Assembly: GCA_964466035.1 (NCBI GenBank)
Contig: CAYXLR010000006.1
Location: 28,918 to 92,917 of the forward strand
DNA: 64,000 bases
Direction: 5' to 3'
Source of the DNA: an uncultured Thermotogae bacterium
GTDB taxonomy: Bacteria > Bipolaricaulota > Bipolaricaulia > UBA7950 > UBA9294
The notes beneath the pieces were generated by a model. The model did no database searches. It was given only the letters and a program-made list of their open reading frames with translations, and was not told where the DNA came from. Within the stretch, counting starts at the first letter, position 1; each line of letters opens with the position of its first letter. The position numbers and the translations under genes are program-made. Shown here in pieces: positions 35,461 through 44,870 of the stretch.

Positions 35461-36012
35461 ATGGCGAAGGATCCGCACGCGCTCGTCTGGCTCGATCTCG
35501 AGACGACCGGTCTCGATGACAGGACGTGCACCATCCTCGAGATCGCCACGATCGTGACCGACAAGGAGCTGAACGTCGTCGCGGAGGGCCCGAACCTCGT
35601 CATCCACCAGCCGGACGAGGTGTTGACGGCGATGGATCCGTGGTGCGTCGAGCAGCACGGGGCCTCTGGACTTACGGAGGCCTCGAGGCGATCGAACGTC
35701 TCGATGGGGGAGGCGGAGGAAAGGACCCTGGCGTTCGTACGGGCGCACTGCCTGCGAGATCGCGCTCCGCTCTGCGGAAGCTCGATCGGGTTCGACCGTC
35801 GCTTCATCTTCCACCACATGCCGCGGCTCAACACCTACCTCAACTATCGGAACGTCGACGTCAGCACGCTGAAGGAGCTCGTCGCGCGTTGGTACCCGGC
35901 CGTCATCGGGAAACTGGAGAAGGAATCGACGCACCGGGCGCTCGACGACATCCGGGAGTCGATCGAAGAACTGAGGCTGTATCGGGCCGCCGTGTTCAAG
36001 AGCCCCGCATGA
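35461..36012 (+). CDS. orn: Oligoribonuclease
   Basis: LVWLDLETTGL, EIATIVTD, QHGASGL, CGSSIGFDRRF, YRNVDVSTLKEL, HRALDDIRES. Confidence 0.93.
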   Translation: MAKDPHALVWLDLETTGLDDRTCTILEIATIVTDKELNVVAEGPNLVIHQPDEVLTAMDPWCVEQHGASGLTEASRRSNVSMGEAEERTLAFVRAHCLRDRAPLCGSSIGFDRRFIFHHMPRLNTYLNYRNVDVSTLKELVARWYPAVIGKLEKESTHRALDDIRESIEELRLYRAAVFKSPA

Positions 36013-36983
36013 GCCTCGTCACGTGGGACGACGTCGCGAACGCTCGAGAGCGGATCGCTCCGTTCGTCCATCGCACGCCGGTGCTCACCTCCGCGACGAT
36101 CGATCGGATGAGCGGGGCGCAGGTCCTCTTCAAGTGCGAGAACCTCCAGAGGACCGGATCGTTCAAGTTCCGCGGCGCCTGCAACGCCGTCGCGAGCCTG
36201 GCGGCACAGGAGCGCGCCCGGGGCGTCTACGCCCATTCGAGCGGAAACCACGCCCAGGCGCTCGCCCTCGCCGCGCGATTGCACGGAACCTCGGCGTACC
36301 TCGTGATGCCGGAGGACGCGCCGGAGATCAAGCGGCAGGCCGTGGCCGACTACGGCGGGCGGATCACGTTGTGTCCGCCGACCCATCGCGGGCGGGTCGA
36401 GACCGCCGAGCGGATCGCCGAGGAGACCGGGGCGCGCTTCGTCAGCGCGCACAACGATCCGCAGGTCATCGCCGGTCAGGGGACGGCCCTGTGCGAGCTG
36501 ATCGAGGACGCGGGAGATCTCGACCTGATCCTCGCGCCGGTCGGCGGCGGCGGGCTGCTTTCGGGAACGGTGATCGCCGCGAGGCACCTCTCGCCGGACG
36601 CGCGGGTGATCGGCTGCGAGCCGGCGGGCGCCGACGACGCGTACCGCTCGATCCGGGGGGGACGACGGATCACCGACTTCACCCCGAAAACGATCGCCGA
36701 CGGCCTACGGACCCCGCTCGGCGAGAACACGTTCGAGATCCTCCGCGCGCACCTCGACGAGATCGTCCTCGTCTCCGAAGCGCAGATCCTCACCGCGATG
36801 CGAACGGTCTGGGAGCGGATGAAGATCGTGATCGAGCCGTCGAGCGCCGTCGCCGTCGCGCCGCTTCTGGACAGGAAGGTCAACGCGGAGGGGAAGCGCG
36901 TCGGCGTGGTCCTGAGCGGCGGGAACGTCGACCTGTCGGCGTTCTTCACCGACCTCGGAGGGCGGATCTCGGCCGCGCCTTGA
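36009..36983 (+). CDS. PLP-dependent threonine/serine dehydratase (serine racemase-like, no ACT domain)
   Basis: FKCENLQRTGSFKFRGA, SSGNHAQA, PVGGGGLLSG, TIADGL, EPSSA, LSGGNVD. Confidence 0.9.
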   Translation: MSLVTWDDVANARERIAPFVHRTPVLTSATIDRMSGAQVLFKCENLQRTGSFKFRGACNAVASLAAQERARGVYAHSSGNHAQALALAARLHGTSAYLVMPEDAPEIKRQAVADYGGRITLCPPTHRGRVETAERIAEETGARFVSAHNDPQVIAGQGTALCELIEDAGDLDLILAPVGGGGLLSGTVIAARHLSPDARVIGCEPAGADDAYRSIRGGRRITDFTPKTIADGLRTPLGENTFEILRAHLDEIVLVSEAQILTAMRTVWERMKIVIEPSSAVAVAPLLDRKVNAEGKRVGVVLSGGNVDLSAFFTDLGGRISAAP

Positions 36984-37008
36984 TGCGCGATCGGCCAAGG
37001 ACTATAAC
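36980..37008 (+). promoter_or_regulatory. Leaderless promoter for DUF3786-cooC
   Basis: TTGATG-17 nt-TATAAC, 6 nt before ATG 37015, no SD. Confidence 0.65.
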
Positions 37009-37014
37009 AGCCCC

Positions 37015-37635
37015 ATGCCTAAGGAAGCGTGGCGCGAATCGCTCCGCCCGCGGATCGAGGCGGCGCGCCGTCAGCTGGCCGCCTGCGACGCCGCCGAGGT
37101 CGCTCGACGGGCCGGGCTGACGGTCCGGAACGGCCGTCTCGATCTACCGCTCCTCGACAGCGGCTACCACATCGCCTGGCCGGACCTGTCGATCACGTTC
37201 CGCGACGGGTCCGACTGTCCGGAGGATCTCGTTATTCTCGTCCTCGACTACCTCGTGCGCGCCGACGGATCGGCTCCGACCGGCGAGTGGATCGGCTTTC
37301 AGGAGCTTCCGGACGGAGCGTTCTACCGGCGCGCGTTTCAGGGGTACTCGGGCGACCGGCTCGTCAGGGACCTGGCCGCGGACGTCGATCGCTTCCGTCA
37401 GGCGGCCCGGGCGCTCGACGGAGAGCCGCTCCCGATGGGCGACACAGCGTTCGCGTTCCGCGTCCTGCCGCACGTCCCTCTCGCCGTCGTCTGGTGGGAC
37501 GAGGACGACGAGTTCCCGGCGAACGCGACCGTCCTCTTCGACCGGGTCGCCGACGTGTACCTCCCCACGGACGGTCTGGCGATCCTCGGGCGGATGCTCT
37601 GTCGGGCGCTCGTCAAGGCGGCCGGTTCGCGATGA
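37015..37635 (+). CDS. DUF3786 domain protein
   Basis: ILVLDYL, WIGFQELPDGAFY..AFQ, FRVLPHVPL.VVWWDEDDEFPANATVLFD, YLPTDGLA. Confidence 0.8.
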   Translation: MPKEAWRESLRPRIEAARRQLAACDAAEVARRAGLTVRNGRLDLPLLDSGYHIAWPDLSITFRDGSDCPEDLVILVLDYLVRADGSAPTGEWIGFQELPDGAFYRRAFQGYSGDRLVRDLAADVDRFRQAARALDGEPLPMGDTAFAFRVLPHVPLAVVWWDEDDEFPANATVLFDRVADVYLPTDGLAILGRMLCRALVKAAGSR

Positions 37636-38378
37636 AGCTCGCGGTGGCGGGAAAGGGCGGCGTCGGGAAGACGACGCTGGTGGCGCTTCTCGCGCGGGAG
37701 GCGGTCGCGCGCGGATATCGGGTTCTCGTCGTCGACGCCGACTCCGACCCGAACCTGGCGACGACGCTCGGCATCACCGACCCCGTCGTCCCCCTCGCCA
37801 ACGAGGAGGAGCTCGTCGCCGAGCGGGCCGGGACCGGCGGGTTCATCCGCCTGAACCCGACCGTCGACGACATCCCGGCGCGGTACACCATCGAGCGTGA
37901 CGGGATCCGCCTCCTCGTCCTCGGCGGGATCCGCGGCGCCGGAGCCGGCTGCGCCTGCCCCGCAAACGCACTCCTCAAGGCGCTCCTCGCCCACCTCCTC
38001 GTGGCGGAGAAGGACGTCGTCCTCCTCGACATGGAGGCGGGGATCGAGCACCTCGGCCGCGGGACGGTTCGCAACGTCGACGCGCTGCTCGTCGTGGTCG
38101 ACTCCGATCGGAAGACGCTCGAGACGGCCGAGCGGTCGGTCTCGTTGGCGCGCGATCTCGGCATCGCCCGCGTCCTCGCCGTCGGCAACCGCGTCTACGA
38201 CGGCGACGACACGGCGGAAATCCGCGCCGGCCTTCCCGACGGTGTCCCCCTCGTCGCATCGATTCCGTACCTCGACGCGTTCCGGATCGCCGGGCGGCGC
38301 GGGCCGCTCCCCGACGGGCTGACGCACCCCGTCGTCTCCGACCTGCTCGCGGATCTGGAGCGCCGCACCGCGGGATGA
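37632..38378 (+). CDS. cooC: CO dehydrogenase nickel-insertion ATPase CooC (paralog 1)
   Basis: MKLAVAGKGGVGKTT, DADSDPNL, GCACPAN, DMEAGIEHLGRGT. Confidence 0.93.
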   Translation: MKLAVAGKGGVGKTTLVALLAREAVARGYRVLVVDADSDPNLATTLGITDPVVPLANEEELVAERAGTGGFIRLNPTVDDIPARYTIERDGIRLLVLGGIRGAGAGCACPANALLKALLAHLLVAEKDVVLLDMEAGIEHLGRGTVRNVDALLVVVDSDRKTLETAERSVSLARDLGIARVLAVGNRVYDGDDTAEIRAGLPDGVPLVASIPYLDAFRIAGRRGPLPDGLTHPVVSDLLADLERRTAG

Positions 38379-38430
38379 CGGACGTTCGCCGCCGAAGCGC
38401 ACTGTCATTCGACAGATTTCCGCCTGTCAC

Positions 38431-38460
38431 TTGCCGAACCGCCGCCGCCCGTGGTAATCT
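38431..38460 (+). promoter_or_regulatory. Candidate promoter of the acsBCV-cooC-acsDE-cooS-fhs-fdh operon
   Basis: TTGCCG-18 nt-TAATCT with an extended -10 (TGgTAATCT); palindrome CTGTC-ATTC-GACAG at 38402-38415 upstream. Confidence 0.55.
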
Positions 38461-38568
38461 GAGGGTACGAGCGACGCGACAACGAACACTCCTCGACATC
38501 GGTGCACGCAACACCTTCGCTCGCGTCTTCATGTGGAGACATTGGGTTCGCACTGAGGAGGTGGACGG

Positions 38569-40788
38569 ATGTCGAGAATCATCGCCACGGCGGCGATCCG
38601 CGGGGCCCACGCGTACGTCGAGCAAGCGCGGTCCCAGCTTCTCGAGGCGGTCGAGACGCGCGGCCCCGACACGAAGGTCGAGTTTCCGGACACGGCGTAC
38701 TTCCTGCCCCTCACGCTGGCGCTGACGGGCCAGGAGGTCGATACCCTCGCCAAGGCGCAGGCCGCCCTCGACCGGGCGACCTCTCTCTTGCCCCCGATCC
38801 CTGGTGAGCAGAACTGGCTTCCGTACCTCGGCCACGCGCTCGACGCCGGCGTCGCGACGCTGCTCGCCGAGGAGATCATCGAGGCGCTCAAGTACGTCAA
38901 CGGCCAGGAGCCGGAGGAGCCGTGGCTCGGCTTCACGGGCGATTCCACGTTGCGGCTGCAGGGGATCAAGCTCGTCGACGGCCGGATGCCCGGATTCGCC
39001 GCCTGCGTCGGCGCCCTCCCGACCAACGAGGAGGCCGTCGAGCTCGCCCGCTCTCTCCAGGAGCGGTCCATCCTCGTGTTCATGGCCTCGAACTCCAACG
39101 GCGTCTCGATGGCCGAACAGCTCGCCGAGGAGGGCGTCGAGATGAACTGGGACACGTTCCTCGTCCCGTACGGGAAGGACACGTCCGCCGCTGTCCTCGC
39201 GCTGAACTTCGCCGCGCGCGCCGCGATGACGTTCGGCGGGGTCAAGCCGGGCGACCTCGACGCGGCCCGGAAGATCCTCCTGTACAACAAGGAGCGCGTC
39301 TTCGCGTTCGTCCTCGCCCTCGGATCGGATGACGCCGCCGCGCAGAACGGGAACCAGCTCCTCACCGACGAGAAGTACGCCACCGCGGCCGGGGCGATCA
39401 ACTTCGGCTTCCCGGTCATCTCGGACGTCGAGATCCCGCAGATCCTCCCGCGCGGCATCTGCACGTACGAGCACGTCGTCTCCGGCGTCCCGCGCGACCG
39501 GATCGTCAACAAGGCGGTCGAGGTCCGGGGGCTGAAGCTGAAGACGAGCGAGATCCCGATCCCGGTCCCGTACGGAGCCGGCTTCGAGGGGGAGCGGGTC
39601 CGCAAGGAGCAGATGCACGTCCAGTTCGGCGGGAAGTACACCGAGGCGTTCGAGCTCGTCCGCGGCCGCCCGATGAACGCCATCCAGGACGGAAACATCG
39701 AGCTCGTCGGCCCGGACATCGACGAGGTCGAGGTCGGCGGCGCCCTTCCGCTCGGCGTCGTCGTCGAGGTCGCCGGCCGCAACTTCAAGGAGGACTTCGA
39801 GACCGTCGTTGAGCGGCGGATCCACGAGTTCGCGTCGTGGGCGCTCGGCGTCTTCCACATGGGGCAGCGGGCCATCGTCTGGGCGCGGATCAGCAAGGAC
39901 GCCTACGAGAAAGGATTCCGCCTGAACCACTACGGCGAGATGCTGGTCGCCAAGCTCCGCGAGGAGTTCTCCGCGATCATCGACAAGATCCAGGTCACCA
40001 TCTACACCGACGAGGAGAAGATGGCCGACTCGCTCGAAGAGGCGCGGGCCGTCTACCACCAGCGCGACGATCGGATCAAAGGGATGGTCGATGAAGACGT
40101 CGATACGTACTACTCGTGCATCCTGTGCCAGTCGTACGCGCCGGATCACGTCTGCGTCGTCACCCCGGAGCGGCTCGGGCTCTGCGGGGCGTACACCTGG
40201 CTCGACTGCGCCGCGAGCTACGAGATGAACCCTCGCGGGCCGAACCAGCCGATCGTCAAGGGGGAGACCCTCGACGCGGTGAAGGGACAGTGGCGGGGCG
40301 TCAACGAGTACCTCGAGGTCGCGTCGAACGGGAACCTCGCGCGGTTCAACGCCTACTCGATGATGGAGGACCCGATGACCAGCTGCGGCTGCTTCGAGTG
40401 CGTCACGGCGATCCTTCCGGAAACGAACGGCGTGATGATCGTCAACCGCGAGTTCGAGGGGATGACGCCGGTCGGCATGACGTTCTCGACGATGGCCGGC
40501 CAGATCGGCGGGGGCATCCAGACCCCCGGCTTCATCGGGATGGGCAAGCTGTACATCACGAGCAAGAAGTTCATCTCCGCTGACGGAGGGATCGAACGCG
40601 TCGTCTGGATGCCGAGCATCCTCAAGGAGGAGATCCGCGAGCGCCTCGAAGAGCGGCTCTCCGATCTCGGGAAGCCCGAGCTTCTCGACAAGATCGCCAC
40701 GGAGGAGGGCGCGACGACAAGCGAAGAGCTCCTGGCGTACCTGGAAAAGGTCAACCATCCGGTTCTCGCGATGGAACCAATGATGTAA
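38569..40788 (+). CDS. acsB: Acetyl-CoA synthase (CO-methylating), bacterial type
   Basis: FPDTAYFLP, LVDGRMPG, YSCILCQSYAPDHVC, LGLCGA, PMTSCGCFEC A-cluster ligands. Confidence 0.97.
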   Translation: MSRIIATAAIRGAHAYVEQARSQLLEAVETRGPDTKVEFPDTAYFLPLTLALTGQEVDTLAKAQAALDRATSLLPPIPGEQNWLPYLGHALDAGVATLLAEEIIEALKYVNGQEPEEPWLGFTGDSTLRLQGIKLVDGRMPGFAACVGALPTNEEAVELARSLQERSILVFMASNSNGVSMAEQLAEEGVEMNWDTFLVPYGKDTSAAVLALNFAARAAMTFGGVKPGDLDAARKILLYNKERVFAFVLALGSDDAAAQNGNQLLTDEKYATAAGAINFGFPVISDVEIPQILPRGICTYEHVVSGVPRDRIVNKAVEVRGLKLKTSEIPIPVPYGAGFEGERVRKEQMHVQFGGKYTEAFELVRGRPMNAIQDGNIELVGPDIDEVEVGGALPLGVVVEVAGRNFKEDFETVVERRIHEFASWALGVFHMGQRAIVWARISKDAYEKGFRLNHYGEMLVAKLREEFSAIIDKIQVTIYTDEEKMADSLEEARAVYHQRDDRIKGMVDEDVDTYYSCILCQSYAPDHVCVVTPERLGLCGAYTWLDCAASYEMNPRGPNQPIVKGETLDAVKGQWRGVNEYLEVASNGNLARFNAYSMMEDPMTSCGCFECVTAILPETNGVMIVNREFEGMTPVGMTFSTMAGQIGGGIQTPGFIGMGKLYITSKKFISADGGIERVVWMPSILKEEIRERLEERLSDLGKPELLDKIATEEGATTSEELLAYLEKVNHPVLAMEPMM

Positions 40789-40805
40789 GGAGGAACGGGG
40801 AGACC

Positions 40806-42149
40806 ATGGCGAAGGTCACCGGTATCGATATCTACAAGCTGCTCCCGAAGACGAACTGCGGCGACTGCAACTTCCCGACGTGCATGGCGTTCGCGATGCA
40901 GGTCGCGGCGAAAAAGGCGGCGCTCGATCAGTGCCCCCACGTATCGGAGGAGGCGCAGACCGCCCTCGGCGACGCGCAGGCCCCGCCGATGCGAACCGTG
41001 AAGATCGGCGCCGGAGAGAAGGAGCTCGCGATCGGCGGGGAAACCGTGCTCTTCCGCCACGAGGAGAAGTTCCATCGTCCGACCGGGGTCGCCGTCCGCA
41101 TTCCCGCTGCCTCGGACGACGCGGAGATCAACGCGCGGCTCGAGGCGATCTCGAGGCTCCACTTCGTGCGCGTCGGAGAGGAGATCGGCGTGGACCTCAT
41201 CGCCATCGACGGCGAGGGGACCGACGCCGATCGCTTCGGCGCGGCCCTCGAGCGGATTCACAGCGGATCCGATCTCCCGTTGATCCTTCTATGTGAGGAC
41301 GCCGAGATCCTCCGCTCGACGCTCGACGGCGTCGCCGCGGACCGGCCGTTGATCGGTCCGGCGACGGACGGGACCTGGGAGCGATTCGCGGAGGTGGCCG
41401 CGGAGAGGAAACTCCCGGTTCTCGTTCGATCCGAGTCCCTCGAGGGGCTCGCGACCCTGACGGAGAACCTCAAGGGCAAGGGGGTCGAGGATCTCGTTCT
41501 GGAGCCGACGGCCGATGACTGGGTCGGAGCCCTCACGCAGCTGACCCTCCTCCGTCGCCTGTCCCTCGAGAAGGTCTTCCGGCCGCTCGGATACCCGACC
41601 TGCACCACCGCGAGCGGGGAGACACTGGCCGACCAGTCGCTCGCCGCGGGGGCGGCCGTCTGCCGGTACGCCGGGATCGTGATCACGGACGCCGCGGCGC
41701 CGGAGGAGATCCTCCCGATCCTAACGGTCCGACAGAACATCTACACCGACCCGACCGTGCCGAACGCGATCGAGGCGAAGCTGTACGAGATCGGCAATCC
41801 GGGGCCGGACGCGCCGGTGATCTTCACGACGAACTTCGCGTTGACGTACTTCACCGTCGCCGGCGAAGTCGAGAACAGCAAGGTCCCGACCTTCATCAGC
41901 GTGTTCGATACCGAGGGGCTCGGCGTGCTGAACGCGTACGCCGACGACAAGCTAGTCGCCGAGGGGATCGTCAAGTCGGTGACGGAACAGGGCGTCATGG
42001 ACCGCGTGAACCACAACAAGCTGATCATCCCGGGCCTCGTCGCCGTGTTGCGGATGGAGATCGAAGAGGAGTCCGGATGGGAGGTGATCGTCGGTCCGGA
42101 GGACGCCGCCGGCATTCCTCACTTCCTCAAGACCGAGTGGGGCGGCTAA
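40806..42149 (+). CDS. acsC: Corrinoid iron-sulfur protein large subunit
   Basis: LLPKTNCGDCNFPTCMAFA..CP, GGETVLFRHE, QNIYTDP, TTNFALTY, KLIIPG, VGPEDA. Confidence 0.96.
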   Translation: MAKVTGIDIYKLLPKTNCGDCNFPTCMAFAMQVAAKKAALDQCPHVSEEAQTALGDAQAPPMRTVKIGAGEKELAIGGETVLFRHEEKFHRPTGVAVRIPAASDDAEINARLEAISRLHFVRVGEEIGVDLIAIDGEGTDADRFGAALERIHSGSDLPLILLCEDAEILRSTLDGVAADRPLIGPATDGTWERFAEVAAERKLPVLVRSESLEGLATLTENLKGKGVEDLVLEPTADDWVGALTQLTLLRRLSLEKVFRPLGYPTCTTASGETLADQSLAAGAAVCRYAGIVITDAAAPEEILPILTVRQNIYTDPTVPNAIEAKLYEIGNPGPDAPVIFTTNFALTYFTVAGEVENSKVPTFISVFDTEGLGVLNAYADDKLVAEGIVKSVTEQGVMDRVNHNKLIIPGLVAVLRMEIEEESGWEVIVGPEDAAGIPHFLKTEWGG

Positions 42150-42159
42150 CGGACGGCCT

Positions 42160-44109
42160 ATGGAGACGGGAACGGCCCGCGTCAGATTCCAACCGGAAGG
42201 GAAGACCGTCGAGGTGCGGCGAGGAACATCGCTCCTCGACGCGGCGCGCTCGGCCGGGGTGTTCGTCGCGTCGATCTGCGGCGGCGACGGGATCTGCGGA
42301 CGCTGTCGGGTGCAGATCCTCTCCGGCAAGGTCGACGCGGAACCGACCGCCCTGCTCACCCGTGAGGAGATCCGTGCGGGGTTCGTCCTCGCCTGCCAGA
42401 CGCGGGTCACGGAGGACGTGGACGTCACCGTGCCCCCGGAGTCTCGGGGCGACGGGGCTCAGATCCTCGTCGACGAGGACACCGATCGATTCCGCGCGCT
42501 GACCCCCGGGCTCGGGGCCGCCGAGGAGTACCCGTACGCCCCGGTCGTGTCGAAGCTGTGCGTGGAGCTCACGCCGCCGACGCTGCAGGACTACCTCGGC
42601 TGTCAGGAGCGGCTGTACCGGGAGATCCGGCGGCGCGTCGACGCGCCGAGGATGCAGATGGGGCTCAAGGTCCTCCAGTCGCTGCCGAAGCAGCATCGGG
42701 ACGGAGCCTGGCGGATCACCGCGACGCTCGGGGTCCGGGGGGACACGATCGAGGTGATCCAGATCGAGGAGGGGGACCGAACCGACGCCTCCTACGGGAT
42801 CGTCGTCGACGTCGGAACGTCGACGATCGTCGCCCATCTCGTCGACCTGCTCAGCTCGAAGACGCTCGACGCGGAGGCGTGCTACAACTCCCAGATTCCC
42901 TACGGCGCGGAAGTCACGCGCCGGATCATCCACGCCGAGCGGGAAGGCGCCGGGCCGCTGCGAGACGCCGTCGTCGGAGACATCAACAACCTGATCAACA
43001 CCCTTGCCACGCGGTGCAACGTCGAACTCCAAGACGTCATCGCCTGTTTCGCGTCCGGGAACACGACGATGCTGCATTTCCTGCTCGGGCTCGACGCGTC
43101 GCACATCCGGAAGTCGCCGTACGTTCCGACGACGACGAACCCGCCCCCCGTTCGCGCCGCGGAGGTGGGGATTCGGATCAACCCCCGCGGTATCCTGTAC
43201 ACGATGCCGGCGATCGGCGGCTGGGTCGGCGGCGATATCACCGCCGGGATCCTCGCCACCGGGCTGGCGGACGGGTCCCGTCTGACGATGCTGATCGACG
43301 TCGGCACGAACGGCGAGATCGTGCTCGGGAACGATGACTGGATGCTGGCGTGCGCCACGTCGGCCGGTCCGGCGTTCGAAGGAACCGGCGTCAAGTCGGG
43401 GATGCGGGCGTCCCGCGGGGCGATCGAGCGCGTCGCGTTCTCCGGCGGCGAATCGATCCACCTCGAGACCATCGGCAACGCACCCCCCCGCGGCATCTGC
43501 GGCTCGGGGTTGATCGACGCGATCGCCGGGCTGTTCGAGGTCGGAATCATCGATCGATCCGGACATCTCCTGATCGATCGCTCTTCCCGGGTCCGCGAGG
43601 TCGGCGGGCAGCTGGAGTTCGTCCTCGTGGCCGCCGGCGAGAGCGCCAACGGCGCGGACATCGTGATCACCCAACCGGACATCGAGAACGTCCTCCGGGC
43701 CAAGGCGGCGATCTACGCCGGGGCGAAGATCCTGCTTGAGTCGACCGATCACCGGTTCGAGGACATCGACCAACTGCTGATCGCCGGAGGATTCGGCAAC
43801 TACCTCGACGGCCGCAAGGCGGTGCTGCTCGGGATGATCCCCGACATCCCGGTCGAGCGGATTCACTTCGTCGGGAACACCTCGGTCGTCGGGGCGAAGA
43901 TGGCCTTGTTGTCCATTGACGCCCTGCGTCGCAGCGACGAGATCGCCGGGAGCGCTACGTACTACGACCTCATCACCTACCCTGACTACTACGAGGAATT
44001 CATGTCGGCGAAGTTCCTTCCGCACACCCACCTGGGGTTGTTCCCGTCGGTCGCGGACGTCCTCGCCACATCGACCCCCGCAGAGGATCGGACGAACCGA
44101 TGGGCCTGA
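42160..44109 (+). CDS. acsV: Corrinoid reductive activator (RACo/AcsV; [2Fe-2S] plus ASKHA DUF4445)
   Basis: CGGDGICGRC..LACQ, DVGTSTIV, SGNTTM, IDVGTNGEI, SAGPAFEG, GICGSG, AKAAI, AGGFG. Confidence 0.93.
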   Translation: METGTARVRFQPEGKTVEVRRGTSLLDAARSAGVFVASICGGDGICGRCRVQILSGKVDAEPTALLTREEIRAGFVLACQTRVTEDVDVTVPPESRGDGAQILVDEDTDRFRALTPGLGAAEEYPYAPVVSKLCVELTPPTLQDYLGCQERLYREIRRRVDAPRMQMGLKVLQSLPKQHRDGAWRITATLGVRGDTIEVIQIEEGDRTDASYGIVVDVGTSTIVAHLVDLLSSKTLDAEACYNSQIPYGAEVTRRIIHAEREGAGPLRDAVVGDINNLINTLATRCNVELQDVIACFASGNTTMLHFLLGLDASHIRKSPYVPTTTNPPPVRAAEVGIRINPRGILYTMPAIGGWVGGDITAGILATGLADGSRLTMLIDVGTNGEIVLGNDDWMLACATSAGPAFEGTGVKSGMRASRGAIERVAFSGGESIHLETIGNAPPRGICGSGLIDAIAGLFEVGIIDRSGHLLIDRSSRVREVGGQLEFVLVAAGESANGADIVITQPDIENVLRAKAAIYAGAKILLESTDHRFEDIDQLLIAGGFGNYLDGRKAVLLGMIPDIPVERIHFVGNTSVVGAKMALLSIDALRRSDEIAGSATYYDLITYPDYYEEFMSAKFLPHTHLGLFPSVADVLATSTPAEDRTNRWA

Positions 44110-44870
44110 CGATCGCGGTGGCCGGGAAGGGCGGGACGGGGAAGACGACCCTCTCCGCCTTGCTGATCCGCGGCCTGTGCGAGCGCGGGGTGACGCCCCT
44201 GTTGGCGGTCGACGCCGACCCGAACGCGAACCTCGGCGAGGCCCTCGGCCTGACGACCGATGTGTCGATCGGCCGCCTCCAAGCCGAGACGCTGAAGCGG
44301 ATTCACAGCCTCCCGGCCGGCGTCCCGCTCAGCCGGCATCTGGAGTACGAGCTCCATCAGGCGATCGCCGAAGGCGAGGGCGTCGACCTCCTGGTGATGG
44401 GACACGGCGAGGGACCCGGCTGTTACTGCGCCGTCAACCACATCCTGCGGTGCTACATCGAGTCGCTACGCTCGTCGTACCGCTGCACGATCCTCGACAA
44501 CGAGGCCGGGATGGAGCACCTGTCCCGGCGTGTCTCGCACGGGATCGATCTCCTGCTCGTCGTCTCCGACGCCAGCCCGACAGCTCTCCGTTCCGCTGGC
44601 CGGATCGCGGGCATCGCCGACGACCTCGAGCTGGAGATCGGCCAACGCTTCCTGGTGTTGACCAACCTGCGCGACGAGCTGAGCGACCGGGCGCGCGAGG
44701 AGATCGAGCGGATCGACCTGGAGATCCTCGGGAAGATCCCGTTCGACGAGGAGATGTACGAGCTGGCCCTCGCCGGCCGCCCAATCGCGGAGCTGTCCCC
44801 GGAGGCCGTTTCGCTCACCGAAGTGTCCGAGATGCTCGATACGCTGCTGCAGAAGGAGGCAATCGCGTGA
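44100..44870 (+). CDS. cooC: CooC/AcsF nickel-insertion ATPase (paralog 2)
   Basis: IAVAGKGGTGKTT, DADPNANL, EGPGCYC, DNEAGMEHLSR. Confidence 0.93.
   Translation: MGLTIAVAGKGGTGKTTLSALLIRGLCERGVTPLLAVDADPNANLGEALGLTTDVSIGRLQAETLKRIHSLPAGVPLSRHLEYELHQAIAEGEGVDLLVMGHGEGPGCYCAVNHILRCYIESLRSSYRCTILDNEAGMEHLSRRVSHGIDLLLVVSDASPTALRSAGRIAGIADDLELEIGQRFLVLTNLRDELSDRAREEIERIDLEILGKIPFDEEMYELALAGRPIAELSPEAVSLTEVSEMLDTLLQKEAIA

Noticed and set aside
38403-38414. TGTCA..CGACA as a CooA-binding site
   Set aside because: The half-sites are 2 nt apart rather than the 6 nt needed for CRP/FNR/CooA-type sites, and no cooA gene is in the window
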